A DNA stretch of 64,000 bases, taken from assembly GCA_029880325.1 (NCBI GenBank), contig JAOUOP010000009.1, positions 57,012-121,011 on the forward strand, written 5' to 3'. A program made the position numbers and the translations under genes. The notes beneath the pieces were generated by a model. The model did no database searches and was not told where the DNA came from. It worked only from the letters and a program-made list of their open reading frames with translations. This DNA is from Myxococcales bacterium (GTDB lineage Bacteria > Myxococcota_A > Polyangia > Polyangiales > JAFGIB01). This document shows, piece by piece, positions 1 through 8,991 of this stretch. Each line of letters starts with the position of its first letter. Within the stretch, counting starts at the first letter, position 1.

Positions 1-707
1 GCCATTTCGAAGGCGTTCATGTGCACGCCGAGCTCACCGCGGGCCTCCACCACCTGTTCGTCGGCGGCGACCAACTCGCCGACGCTGCTGCGGATGGCGT
101 CGAGGTCGTCGGCTCGCAGGGCATCGGAGAGGTTCTGTAGCGCGGCGAAGACGTCCTGGCCTGAGCTGGCGCCGAAGATGCGCTCGCCGGTGACACCCAA
201 GGGCATGCGCACGCCCGGGCTGACCTCGACCTCGCGGCCCTCCAGGGTGCCGGCGTAGGTGCCGCTCTGGTCGAAGGGCTCGGACTCGTCCCGATAGCCG
301 CCGAAGACGTAGCGCCCGGCTGCTTCGGTGTTGGCCAGCGAGACCACCAGTTCGCGCAGCGAGTCGATTTCACCGGCGATGGAGCCCCGGTCGCCGCTGC
401 TGACCGTCGAGTTGGCCGCCTGCAGCGCCAGCTCGCGCGCCCGCTGCAGGGTGCCGCTGACCTCGTCGAGGGCGGCGTCGGCCGCGCGCAGGCCCACCCG
501 ACCGAAGTCGATGGTGCGCGCATGATCGCTGGCCTTGCGCCCGCGGGAGGCCTCGCGGCGCGCCTGGGCCGCGGCCAGCGGGTCGTCGGAGGGCTTGCTG
601 ACGCGCAGGCCCGTGGCCGCGCGCTCCTGGGCGGCGGCCATGTCCTGGCGGGCGCGCGCGATGCTGCGCTGGCTGCTGGCGTAAAACTGGGAGTCGGGTA
701 TGCGCAT
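1..707 (-). CDS. flgL: Flagellar hook-associated protein 3 (FlgL), N-terminal part; 3' end lies beyond the window
   Basis: Not in the ORF track because no stop lies inside the window. Hand translation of the minus strand from ATG 707 gives MRIPDSQFYASSQRSIARARQDMAAAQERAATGLRVSKPSDDPLAAAQ... and near position 2 ...DEQVVEARGELGVHMNAFEM. The frame was spot-checked free of stops and starts 2 nt after the flgK stop. Confidence 0.8.
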   Translation of the reverse strand, partial: MRIPDSQFYASSQRSIARARQDMAAAQERAATGLRVSKPSDDPLAAAQARREASRGRKASDHARTIDFGRVGLRAADAALDEVSGTLQRARELALQAANSTVSSGDRGSIAGEIDSLRELVVSLANTEAAGRYVFGGYRDESEPFDQSGTYAGTLEGREVEVSPGVRMPLGVTGERIFGASSGQDVFAALQNLSDALRADDLDAIRSSVGELVAADEQVVEARGELGVHMNAFEM

Positions 708-709
708 CT

Positions 710-2092
710 TCAACGACCCATGTTCAAGAGATCCGACAGCATCTGGTCGGCCACTTCGATCACCCTCAGCGACGCCTGGTAGGAGCGCTGAAATTTCATC
801 AGAGAGATCATCTCCTCGTCGCTGGAGACGCCGGAGATGCTCTCGCGCACGGCCTCCACTTGCGAGACCATGGACCCGGTCTGACTCTCGTGGGCGCGCG
901 CCGACTGCACCGCCACGCCAACGGAGGCGACAATCGATCCAAGGGCATCGCCCGCGGTCTTGGTGCCTCCGTCGGCGAAGGCCGTGGCGGCCAGATCCTG
1001 CAGTACCAGGGCTCCCCGGTTGTCACCGGGCAGGCTGGAAGCGTCGATGGCGGCAGCGACGTGGTCGGGCTGGCCCGCCACGTCGGCCGAGAGGCTCATC
1101 TGGCGCGCGGCGTCGGCACCACTCACGGGCGTAAAGAGGTTGCGCCCGCTTCCGCCGTCGAGGCCGACGCCCGCGCTGTGGGCACCGTTGTAGGCGCTGA
1201 CAACGTCCGAGGCGAGCGCGTCCAGTTGCGCCATCGTCTCCGACAACGTGCCGTCGCGCGCTGCGATGTAGCCGCCGATGCGACCGCCGGTGATCAGCCC
1301 GCTGACCCGGGTGCTGCCGGCGCCGCTTTGACGGTAGATCTCGAGCGTGCCGGTGGCCGGATCCTGGGCGGTCGACAGCTCATGGACGCTATTGTCCGAC
1401 GAGACCAGGGCCTGCGAGCCTGATAAGAGCACCGAGATGGCGCCGTTTTCGTCGGAGACCACCGTGATGGGCACCGACTGGGCGATCTCGCGAATGTGCT
1501 GGTCGCGCAGGTCGTGCAGGTCGCCGGCGTCCTGACCGCCGGTTTCGGCGCGCGCGATCTCGGCCCCCAACTTGGCGATCTCGTGGAGCTTGGCGTTGAG
1601 TTGTTCGACCTCGGAAGTGATGCGCGCGTTGGTGTCTTCGATGGCGGTGCCCACGCCCGCGGCCGCGTTGTTGAAGGCGCGGCTGAGGTCCCCGGCGCGG
1701 CTGAGGAAGAGCTGGCGCGCGGCGGTGTCACCGGGATTGACCGCCAGGTCCGACAGGGCCGTCTGAAAATCGTCGAAGGCCGGGCCGAGATTGCCCGGCG
1801 CCTCCGAGAAGATGTCGTCGAGTGCCGACAGCGAGGTGGCGCGGGCGCTGGCCTCGCCGGCACTGCTGTGGGCGCCGAGCAGGCGGCGCTCCAGGTAGGG
1901 GTCGGTGATGCGATCGGCGCCGCTGGCGCGGGCGCCACCGAAGCCGTGGCTGCCGATGGGTTCGATGTGGGCCACGCGACGGCTGAAGCCAGGGGTGGCC
2001 ACGTTGGAGGCATTGTGGGATGCGGTGGCGGTGCCAAAAGAGGCCGCGGTCATGCCATTGCGGCCAGTATTGAGAATCCCGAAGAGGCTCAT
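710..2092 (-). CDS. flgK: Flagellar hook-associated protein 1 (FlgK)
   Basis: 460 aa. N-terminus MSLFGILNTGRNGMTAA...SNVATPGFSRR and C-terminus SGVSSDEEMISLMKFQRSYQASLRVI match rod/hook family terminal motifs. Confidence 0.9.
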   Translation of the reverse strand: MSLFGILNTGRNGMTAASFGTATASHNASNVATPGFSRRVAHIEPIGSHGFGGARASGADRITDPYLERRLLGAHSSAGEASARATSLSALDDIFSEAPGNLGPAFDDFQTALSDLAVNPGDTAARQLFLSRAGDLSRAFNNAAAGVGTAIEDTNARITSEVEQLNAKLHEIAKLGAEIARAETGGQDAGDLHDLRDQHIREIAQSVPITVVSDENGAISVLLSGSQALVSSDNSVHELSTAQDPATGTLEIYRQSGAGSTRVSGLITGGRIGGYIAARDGTLSETMAQLDALASDVVSAYNGAHSAGVGLDGGSGRNLFTPVSGADAARQMSLSADVAGQPDHVAAAIDASSLPGDNRGALVLQDLAATAFADGGTKTAGDALGSIVASVGVAVQSARAHESQTGSMVSQVEAVRESISGVSSDEEMISLMKFQRSYQASLRVIEVADQMLSDLLNMGR

Positions 2093-2409
2093 AGCGCCCC
2101 CCTTGGCCCCCTCGGTGGAAGGGACCCACGCCGGATGCTGGCAACACCGCGCTGGGAATAGGTCGCCGCGGGCTCTTCACCGGCCAGGCTGCGCAAACAG
2201 GCCGTCAAGTGCCGCATCAAACCGATATTGGCCATCGCGCGCTGGCGTATGCGCTCCAGTTCCGCGGGGCGCAGGCAGCTTTGATCGAGGCTCGCCAAGA
2301 GCTGCCTTTTGTCCTCCTGAATTTGCATCAGAGCTTCGGCGTCTGCTGCGATCGCCGCCAGGCGCTCGCGCTCGAGAGCGGCCTCGAGGTCTGCAACCGC
2401 CGAAGCCAT
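2089..2409 (-). CDS. FlgN-like flagellar chaperone (assigned by position)
   Basis: 106-aa helical, acidic ORF between flgM and flgK. Its stop overlaps the flgK start codon. This is the usual flgN position. No strong motif was seen. Confidence 0.45.
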   Translation of the reverse strand: MASAVADLEAALERERLAAIAADAEALMQIQEDKRQLLASLDQSCLRPAELERIRQRAMANIGLMRHLTACLRSLAGEEPAATYSQRGVASIRRGSLPPRGPRGAL

Positions 2410-2411
2410 GC

Positions 2412-2675
2412 TCAGAGTTCCTCGCTGAGCATGGCGTCGGCGATGCGGTCGACGTCGACGGTGAAGGTGCCGTTGCGGATGGCGTCGGTCAGGCGCGCCA
2501 CGCGGGCCTCGTCGGGCTGCTCCGGAGCGCGCGCCTCGGCGAGCTGACGTGCCTGGCTCGAGACGTTGACCTGCACCGAGGGGGCTCCGCCTGGGGCCGC
2601 GTGGCCGGTGGCAGTGGGCTTTGTGTGCTCGGGTTTCTGGATGGGTGAGGGCCGATGGGGTCCTTGGATCTTCAT
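2412..2675 (-). CDS. flgM: Anti-sigma-28 factor FlgM
   Basis: 87 aa. The C-terminus ARVARLTDAIRNGTFTVDVDRIADAMLSEEL fits the FlgM sigma-binding helix pattern. Located upstream of flgN/flgK. Confidence 0.8.
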   Translation of the reverse strand: MKIQGPHRPSPIQKPEHTKPTATGHAAPGGAPSVQVNVSSQARQLAEARAPEQPDEARVARLTDAIRNGTFTVDVDRIADAMLSEEL

Positions 2676-3847
2676 GGTATGACCTCCGATCCTGCTTTCG
2701 ACCGATCGGTGATCGAACTTGAGTCGTGATCGACAGTTGCGGGCGGCTTTGTGCCCGGGACCTGCCCAGAGACCCGGGCGGGCATCGTCATTTTCTTGTT
2801 TAATCCAATAATTTCAATGGCTTCGAAGCCTGCTCGGCGGCTGGCGCCGGGCTCGGCCGCTGTGGCATTGCCGTAGCGGGTCCAGCTGCGGCGCTCGAGG
2901 TACTGGGCGCCGCCGGTGCGGGCCTCCCAGCCATCGAAGACCACACGCTCGGCCCGACCGCGGGCGTCGTAGTCGATATGGTGGATGCGTTCGACCACGG
3001 CCATGTGACCGGAACGACCCTCGCGACCGGAGCCGCTGAGCATCAGGGCTCGACGACCACTGGCCAACTCGGCGCCCAGCTCGTCGGCGCTCCTGCCCGT
3101 GAGCACCTCGCCCCAGCCGCCCTGCAGCTCGCCGTCTGCAGCATCGGCCGTGACCCGATTGGAAGCCGGCAGGCCGAGGCCCCCGGGTCGCTCGACCAAG
3201 GGCACGTCGAAGCCGGCGCGGCCGGCCAGCTCGAAGGCGAAGAGGTTGCACTTGGTGTAGCCGTGGTAGCCCTGGGCGCTTTGGACGGCGAGGCGCGCCC
3301 CCCCTCCCGGTTCATGAACACGAGCCTGGGCGGCGCTGGCGCGCAAATCGGCCGCCGAGAGCGTGCCTCCCCTCGACCACCGCTCGGCACCGCCCGAAAG
3401 CAAGGAGACCGCGGCCCGCTGCACCCGGGCGGTGGCCCCGGCGGCAGGCGCGCCCACCGGCGGTCCGTCGAAGGCGTCGGCGCCTGCCGGGATCGACAGC
3501 GGCGACAGCGGCATCGGCATACCGGGCGTGAACGAGCCGCCCGCGCCGCCGCCGCCCCCCTGGCCGTCGATGGACTGGCGCAGCACGTCGGCCAGGCCGA
3601 TGCCCCCCTGCTGGGCCAGCTGCTCGCTGATGGCGCTGTCGAACATCTGCATGTAGGTCTCGCCGCCCGGACCGCTGGCCATGGACGGGGCGCTCTGGCG
3701 CAGAACTTTCAATAGCTGCTGCAGGATCAGACCCTCGAATTGGGCGGCGGCGTCCGGCGAGGCGCCGGCTGTGGGCGCCTGGCGGAGCGGAGCGGCGGCT
3801 GCACGCTGCGGCGGCGCGGCGGGCGCACCCGGGACTTCAGCGATCAC
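2672..3847 (-). CDS. flgJ: FlgJ rod-binding protein fused to a predicted Cys/His (CHAP/NlpC-P60-like) hydrolase domain
   Basis: N-terminus AAQFEGLILQQLLKVLRQS...MQMFDSAISEQLAQQGGIGLADVL is a rod-binding domain. The C-terminal half has YTKC(200)NLFAFE and SGH(281)MAVVE spaced as in papain-fold cell-wall amidases. No glucosaminidase motifs were seen. Confidence 0.75.
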   Translation of the reverse strand: MIAEVPGAPAAPPQRAAAAPLRQAPTAGASPDAAAQFEGLILQQLLKVLRQSAPSMASGPGGETYMQMFDSAISEQLAQQGGIGLADVLRQSIDGQGGGGGAGGSFTPGMPMPLSPLSIPAGADAFDGPPVGAPAAGATARVQRAAVSLLSGGAERWSRGGTLSAADLRASAAQARVHEPGGGARLAVQSAQGYHGYTKCNLFAFELAGRAGFDVPLVERPGGLGLPASNRVTADAADGELQGGWGEVLTGRSADELGAELASGRRALMLSGSGREGRSGHMAVVERIHHIDYDARGRAERVVFDGWEARTGGAQYLERRSWTRYGNATAAEPGASRRAGFEAIEIIGLNKKMTMPARVSGQVPGTKPPATVDHDSSSITDRSKAGSEVIP

Positions 3848-4989
3848 TGGACCACCACCTCGGCGCGCAGTGCGCCGGCCGAGCGCAGCCCCTGCAGGAT
3901 CGCGATCAGGTTGCGCGGGGCGGCCCCCAGGGCGTTGAGGGCGGCGACGACCTCGGCCAGACTGGCGCTTTCGCCCATGTGGTGAATGGCGCCGGGACGC
4001 ACTTCGGCCTTGATCTGCTGCTCTTCGACCACCTCGGTCGTGCCGCCACGCGACAGCGGCGCCGGCTGCGACACGCGTGGGGTGCGCGTGATCTCCACGC
4101 TCAACCCGCCCTGGGCGATGGCCGCCTCCCGCACGCGCACGCCGGCACCGAGCACGATGGTACCGGTACGCTCATCGATCACCACCCGCGTCGGCACCGC
4201 CGGCTCCACTTCCAGCACCTGCAACTCCGAGACAAGCGCCACCGGTTGCTCGCGCATGGCCTTGGGGACCTCGACACGCACGGTACCGCCGTCGAGCGCA
4301 CGGGCCGCCTTGCTCTGGAGGTGATCGTTGATGGCCTCGGCCACGCGATGGGCGGTGATGAAGGAGGGATCGCGCAGCTGTAGCGTGAGCTGGGCGCCGC
4401 CGAGTTTGGGCGTGGGCGCGCGACGCTCGACGATGGCCCCGGCGGGCACGCGGCCGACGGTGGTCGTATTCTGGCGCACCGAGGAGCCACCCTGGGAGGC
4501 CGCGAAGCCGCCCACGATGACGGCTCCCTGGGCCACCGCATAGACCGTGCGGTCGGCCCCGAGCAGCGGGGTTTGCAGCAGCGTGCCGCCTTCGAGACTT
4601 CTGGCGTTGCCCAGGGAAGAGACGGTCACATCCAGCTGGGAACCAGGACTGCCGTAGGCCGGCAGGGTGGCGGTGACCATCACCGCTGCGGCGTTCTTGG
4701 TCTGAATCGCGTCCGGAGCGATGGTCGCACCCAGCCGGCGCAGCATGGCGGCGGTGCTCTGGACGGTGAAGCGGGCCTGGCCACGGTCGCCAGTGCCATT
4801 GAGGCCCACGATCAGGCCGTAGCCGATCAACTGGTTGGGGCGCACGCCACGGATGTCGCACAGCTGCTCGATGCGATCGGCTCGGGCGACGCCAGGACAC
4901 AGGCTCGAGAGCGCCAGCAGCGACAACGCCAGGGCGGCACCGCGCCGGGCTAAAAACTGGTAGTTACTAAGCAACGGTTGGTTCGGCAT
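3844..4989 (-). CDS. flgI: Flagellar P-ring protein FlgI
   Basis: Signal peptide followed by IRGVRPNQLIGYGLIVGLNGTGD, with full-length FlgI-like sequence. Confidence 0.92.
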   Translation of the reverse strand: MPNQPLLSNYQFLARRGAALALSLLALSSLCPGVARADRIEQLCDIRGVRPNQLIGYGLIVGLNGTGDRGQARFTVQSTAAMLRRLGATIAPDAIQTKNAAAVMVTATLPAYGSPGSQLDVTVSSLGNARSLEGGTLLQTPLLGADRTVYAVAQGAVIVGGFAASQGGSSVRQNTTTVGRVPAGAIVERRAPTPKLGGAQLTLQLRDPSFITAHRVAEAINDHLQSKAARALDGGTVRVEVPKAMREQPVALVSELQVLEVEPAVPTRVVIDERTGTIVLGAGVRVREAAIAQGGLSVEITRTPRVSQPAPLSRGGTTEVVEEQQIKAEVRPGAIHHMGESASLAEVVAALNALGAAPRNLIAILQGLRSAGALRAEVVVQ

Positions 4990-4997
4990 GGCGGATT

Positions 4998-5708
4998 TCA
5001 GAAGGGATTGATGGCGGACAGAAGGCGCGCCAGCCAGCCCTGCCGTTGGTTGTCGGTGAGGACACCGCGGCCGGTGAGCTCGATCTGGGCGTCGGCCACC
5101 AGGCTCGACTGCACGGAGTTGTCCTGCTCGATGTCCTGGGGACGAATCACACCGGAGACGTAGATGTGCAGCTCCTCATCGTTGACCATCAGCACCTTGG
5201 TGCCTTCGAGGAAAAGGTCTCCGTTGGGCAGAATGCGCCGCACGCGGACGGCGATGGCGGCGTGCACGCGGCTCTTGCGGCTGGTCTCGCCGTTGCCCGC
5301 GAAGGAACTCTGACTCATGAGTTCGATCAGCTGCGCCGGATCGATGTCCGGGTATTCATCGGCCAGGGCCTTCGACAGCCCCAAAAGACGCGGCGCACCG
5401 AGCGAGCTTTCGGTCATCCGATCCATGCCGGTCGAGGCGTCACCCTGGGCCTGGGGTGACTCGTCGACCACGATGGTCACCAGATCACCCACACCGCTGG
5501 CGCGGAAGTCGGCCACCAGCCCGCGGCTGGAGTCTTGCCACATGGAGCCCGGGCTGACCGCCTCGGGCGGACGCTCGTAGCGCCCTGGCTGGTAGTTGCG
5601 CTGGCGCGCCTTGTGGGGGCGGATGTGCTGCACGCCGCAACCACCGAAGAGCGACAGCATCAAAAGACCGGCAAGGGGGCGCAGCAAGCGCGCGCGCGAA
5701 GAACTCAT
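4998..5708 (-). CDS. flgH: Flagellar L-ring lipoprotein FlgH
   Basis: Lipoprotein signal LMLSLFGGC, then GDLVTIVVDE and the NGDLFLEGTKVLMVNDEELHIYVSGVIRPQDI core. Confidence 0.9.
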   Translation of the reverse strand: MSSSRARLLRPLAGLLMLSLFGGCGVQHIRPHKARQRNYQPGRYERPPEAVSPGSMWQDSSRGLVADFRASGVGDLVTIVVDESPQAQGDASTGMDRMTESSLGAPRLLGLSKALADEYPDIDPAQLIELMSQSSFAGNGETSRKSRVHAAIAVRVRRILPNGDLFLEGTKVLMVNDEELHIYVSGVIRPQDIEQDNSVQSSLVADAQIELTGRGVLTDNQRQGWLARLLSAINPF

Positions 5709-6412
5709 GGCAGTAGCTCCACCGTGTTTGCATCCAGCACGCGACCGCGCATCAGGCTCCTGCGCGACGGCAGCCTCAGCTTGATCACTTCACCGCGGCG
5801 GCCGGACTGGCGCGCCTCGGCCGTGGTCGAAGCCCGCACGTTGCCGACCACCGCCACGGCGCGCACACGCGCGCCGGCCTCGACCAGTGGTGGCGGACAG
5901 CTCAATGTAACGCGCAGTGGAAGTCGCTGACTGTGGCCACCGGCACTCAACTCGACGACGAGGCCCATACTGCCGGCACGCAGCGGCTCGCGTGCATCGA
6001 CCTCGGCCTCGACCTCACCGTCGCCCAAACGCACCTGCGAAGGTCCGCGCAGCGCTTCGAGCTCGCAAGGATCGACGGCGTCTGCCACCGCCGCCCGCAA
6101 CAGCGCTTCGAGTTCCTCGCCCGCGAGGCTCTGGACCCCGCGTTCGATGCGCGTTGCGCGCGGGATCTTCAGGCCCTGTGCCGAGTGACCCGCAGCCCGC
6201 AGGGCCCGCAGGATCTGGCGGCGCCGTACGGTGCGGCTGGCCCCCACCGGCGGCTCGGGCGCCACCACCACCGCGCCCACCTCGGAGCCGGCCAGAGCCG
6301 GTATAATCTCGGCCAGCGTGATGCCGGAATCGGCGAAGGCCGCAGGCGTCGATCCAAGCAAGAGCATCAACGACAGCAGAAGCGCGGCGATGGGCAAGCG
6401 TGGTGAGGGCAT
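5705..6412 (-). CDS. flgA: Flagellar P-ring assembly chaperone FlgA
   Basis: The track ORF extends to 6571. The preferred start is ATG 6412 (MPSPRLPIAALLLSLMLLLGSTPAAFA, a signal peptide). The C-terminus GEVIKLRLPSRRSLMRGRVLDANTVELLP is FlgA/SAF-like. Confidence 0.75.
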   Translation of the reverse strand: MPSPRLPIAALLLSLMLLLGSTPAAFADSGITLAEIIPALAGSEVGAVVVAPEPPVGASRTVRRRQILRALRAAGHSAQGLKIPRATRIERGVQSLAGEELEALLRAAVADAVDPCELEALRGPSQVRLGDGEVEAEVDAREPLRAGSMGLVVELSAGGHSQRLPLRVTLSCPPPLVEAGARVRAVAVVGNVRASTTAEARQSGRRGEVIKLRLPSRRSLMRGRVLDANTVELLP

Positions 6413-6425
6413 GACGCTGGAGTAC

Positions 6426-6440
6426 GCATGATTCATGCCA
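6426..6440 (-). promoter_or_regulatory. Candidate sigma54 -24/-12 promoter upstream of flgA
   Basis: Minus strand reads TGGCATGAATCATGC (GG-N10-GC), followed by a 13-nt spacer to ATG 6412. Confidence 0.45.
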
Positions 6441-6585
6441 GGGTGCCGCCCCCCGTACGCGCGGTGATTGCCCGGCGATCGCGTACCCAGCCTGCGCCGA
6501 TCGCGTCGGCAAACCATCGGGGCCGTCATGATTCGAACACCTCGCGGAGACTCGGGCTGCGGATGGGTCATGAAAGGCTCGATGC

Positions 6586-7368
6586 TCAGCGCTCGGTGGT
6601 CTTGCGCAGCATGTCGTCGGCCGCCTGAATCACCCGCTGGTTGACTTCATAGGCGCGCTGGCTGGTGATCAAGTCGATCATCTCGTTGACCACCTGCACG
6701 TTGGAGCCCTCAAGGAATCCCTGGGCCACGGTACCGAGGCCCTCCTGGCCGGGCTGGGCCACGATGGGCTGGCCGCTGGCGTCGGTCGCGCCGTAGAGGT
6801 TGCGACCCAGGGCCAGTAGCCCGCCGGGATTGGCGAAGCCGGCCAACGTGATCTGGCCGACCTCCTGCGAGGTGGTCTGACCGGGCTGGGTGATGCTGAC
6901 CACGCCATCGGGCGAGACGGTGACGGACACGGCGTCGGCCGGAATCGAGATTGCGGGCTCCACCAGAAAGCCGTCGGTGGTGACCAGCTGGCCCTCGGCA
7001 TCGGTCTTGAAGTTGCCAGCACGTGTGTAAGCCACATCACCACCGGGGCGCACGACCTGGAAGAAGCCATTGCCCTCGACCGCCACGTCGAGCGAGCCGC
7101 CGGTCTGCTGCAGGTTGCCCTGAATATGAATGTGTTCGGTGGAGACTGTTCGCGTGCCCTGGCCAACCTGGATCCCGGTCGGGAGCCGCTGGCCGTCGCC
7201 GGTGCTGCCGCCGGGAGCACGCAGCGTCTGGTAGACCAGGTCTTGAAATTCAGCCCGGCTGCGTCGAAAGCCGGTGGTGTTGACGTTGGCCATGTTGTTG
7301 GCCGTGACGTCGATGCGGGTCTGCTGGGCGGCCATGCCGGTGGCCGCGGTATTGAGTGCTCGTAGCAT
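6586..7368 (-). CDS. flgG: Flagellar distal rod protein FlgG
   Basis: N-terminus MLRALNTAATGMAAQQTRIDVTANNMANVNTTGFRRSR and C-terminus MIDLITSQRAYEVNQRVIQAADDMLR. AGGAGA Shine-Dalgarno lies upstream. Confidence 0.93.
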   Translation of the reverse strand: MLRALNTAATGMAAQQTRIDVTANNMANVNTTGFRRSRAEFQDLVYQTLRAPGGSTGDGQRLPTGIQVGQGTRTVSTEHIHIQGNLQQTGGSLDVAVEGNGFFQVVRPGGDVAYTRAGNFKTDAEGQLVTTDGFLVEPAISIPADAVSVTVSPDGVVSITQPGQTTSQEVGQITLAGFANPGGLLALGRNLYGATDASGQPIVAQPGQEGLGTVAQGFLEGSNVQVVNEMIDLITSQRAYEVNQRVIQAADDMLRKTTER

Positions 7369-7383
7369 CCTGACTTCTCCTGG

Positions 7384-7422
7384 GTCTTCTCTTCGTCTTC
7401 TCTTCGTCTTCTCTTCGTCTTC
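7384..7422. repeat. 11-bp tandem repeat (3.5 copies) in the flgF-flgG spacer
   Basis: Plus strand gtcttctcttc x3 plus a partial copy. On the coding strand this is GAAGAGAAGAC repeats just upstream of the flgG RBS. Confidence 0.9.
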
Positions 7423-7450
7423 GTCCTGTAGGCCGACGGGGCCGCGGCGT

Positions 7451-8194
7451 TCAGCTACGGGCGCCCAGTTCGCGGGCGGTGCGGCCGTCGATCTGCTCGA
7501 ACGCCCGGATCACGCGCTGGAAGGCCTCAAAGGAGCGACTCACCGTGATCAACTCGTGCATGCCCGACACGGCGTTGATGTTGGAGTTCTCGAGGTATCC
7601 CTGCAGCACCGAGGTGCGGTCATCGACCCGCGGCGCCACGCCGCCCCGCGTTTTCATCAGCGTCAAGCCATCCTTGACCAACGGTTCTTCACCGTCAAAG
7701 CGAACCACGCGAATGCGGCCCACCGGGGTCCCGTCGGCGTCGATGCTGCCGTCGCGACCGATACGGATGTCGGCGGCATTTTCTGGAAGCGTCAGGGGCT
7801 TGGGATTGCTGCCGCCCTCTGCCAGCACCGCATCGCCACCCTGGGTGCGCAACACGCCCTGGGAGTCCATCAAGAGCGATCCGGTGCGAGTGTAGCGCTC
7901 CCCGTCGGCCGTCTGCACCGCGATGTAGCCATCGCCGTCCAGGGCGACATCGAGCCGGCCGCCGGTCTCGCGCAGCGAGCCGGGCGCCGCGTCGATGGCC
8001 ACGCGATCAAAGTCCACGTACTTCAGGGTGCTGTCCTGGGTACCACTCTGGGCCCGCGCCAGCACTTCCTTGAAGGAAGCCCGGTCGGCACGAAAGCCTG
8101 TGGTATTGGCGTTGGCAACGTTGTTGGCCACGATCGCCAAATTGCGTTCCTGGGCAATCGCGCCGCTCAAGGCGCTGTAGATTCCGTTCGACAT
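7451..8194 (-). CDS. flgF: Flagellar proximal rod protein FlgF
   Basis: N-terminus MSNGIYSALSGAIAQERNLAIVANNVANANTTGFR, with C-terminal rod motif MHELITVSRSFEAFQRVI. Confidence 0.9.
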   Translation of the reverse strand: MSNGIYSALSGAIAQERNLAIVANNVANANTTGFRADRASFKEVLARAQSGTQDSTLKYVDFDRVAIDAAPGSLRETGGRLDVALDGDGYIAVQTADGERYTRTGSLLMDSQGVLRTQGGDAVLAEGGSNPKPLTLPENAADIRIGRDGSIDADGTPVGRIRVVRFDGEEPLVKDGLTLMKTRGGVAPRVDDRTSVLQGYLENSNINAVSGMHELITVSRSFEAFQRVIRAFEQIDGRTARELGARS

Positions 8195-8199
8195 AAGGG

Positions 8200-8991
8200 C
8201 TAGCTGGCCTTTCGGTTCTTAGTCGCGCGGTGCTTCCTGGTCGCAGGTGGCGCATCTACATTCATCGCAGCGCGAAGCCGCACCGTGATATCGCCCAGGA
8301 TTTGACAAACTCGACTTTCGGTTACACCCAAAATTTTCCCGATCTCGGCCTGTGTGCACTCTTCCTGGTAGTAGAGGGCCAGTACCTGCTGCTGCCGCTC
8401 GGGAAGCAGTGAGATGGCCCTCGTCAACTCCGCCTTGAGCTCAGCGCGATCGAACAGGGCGCTGGGCGTGGGGGTGTCGGCCTCGACCTGGTCGGGTTCG
8501 GCGCCGCCGAGGCGCCCCAGGGCCGGGCCCCGCGCGAGCTCTCCACTGATGCGTTGGTATTGCTCGAGCGGCATGCCGAGGCGGGCTGCGACCTCTTCTT
8601 CGGTGGGTTGGCGCCCCAGCTCGTTCTGCAGCGCGCGAATCGCGGCGGTCACTTCACCCATGCGGTTGCGGCCATAGCGGGTCAGCGAATCGTGACCGCG
8701 CAGCTCATCCAGAATTGCACCGCGGATGCGCGCCTTGGCGTAGGGCTCGAAGTTGGGGTTGCAGCTGGCGTCGTAGGCGCCGATGGCCTTGAGCAGGCCC
8801 TCGGTGCCGGCACTGATCAGGTCGTCGACCTCGATTGAATTGGGCAGTCTGCGCACCATGCGAAAAGCAATACGGCGCACGATTGGAAGGCCGATGGCGA
8901 CCAACTCATCGGCTGACAGCTCCGCGCGATGTCGGCCGTAGGCCTGGGCTCGGTCGATCGATTCGTTCAACATAGGTCCTCCTGGGGACAA
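8200..8991 (-). CDS. fliA: Flagellar sigma factor FliA (sigma-28)
   Basis: Sigma-70 regions 2-4. LLPERQQQVLALYYQEECTQAEIGKILGVTESRVCQILGD is the region 4 HTH. Located after flhF-flhG. Confidence 0.9.
   Translation of the reverse strand: MSPGGPMLNESIDRAQAYGRHRAELSADELVAIGLPIVRRIAFRMVRRLPNSIEVDDLISAGTEGLLKAIGAYDASCNPNFEPYAKARIRGAILDELRGHDSLTRYGRNRMGEVTAAIRALQNELGRQPTEEEVAARLGMPLEQYQRISGELARGPALGRLGGAEPDQVEADTPTPSALFDRAELKAELTRAISLLPERQQQVLALYYQEECTQAEIGKILGVTESRVCQILGDITVRLRAAMNVDAPPATRKHRATKNRKAS

Noticed and set aside
6413-6571. N-terminal extensions offered by the ORF track. Affected genes are flgA (to 6571), flhF (to 10921), flgE (to 20356), flgB (TTG 27913), flgC (27474), the activator (29649), motA (36302), cheY (50752), 46625-gene (47770), 41025-gene (41807) and 61291-gene (61968).
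   Set aside because: The extensions overlap upstream genes or spacers. They lack homology-like sequence and precede obvious canonical N-termini, signal peptides or RBS-linked starts. Shorter starts were used.
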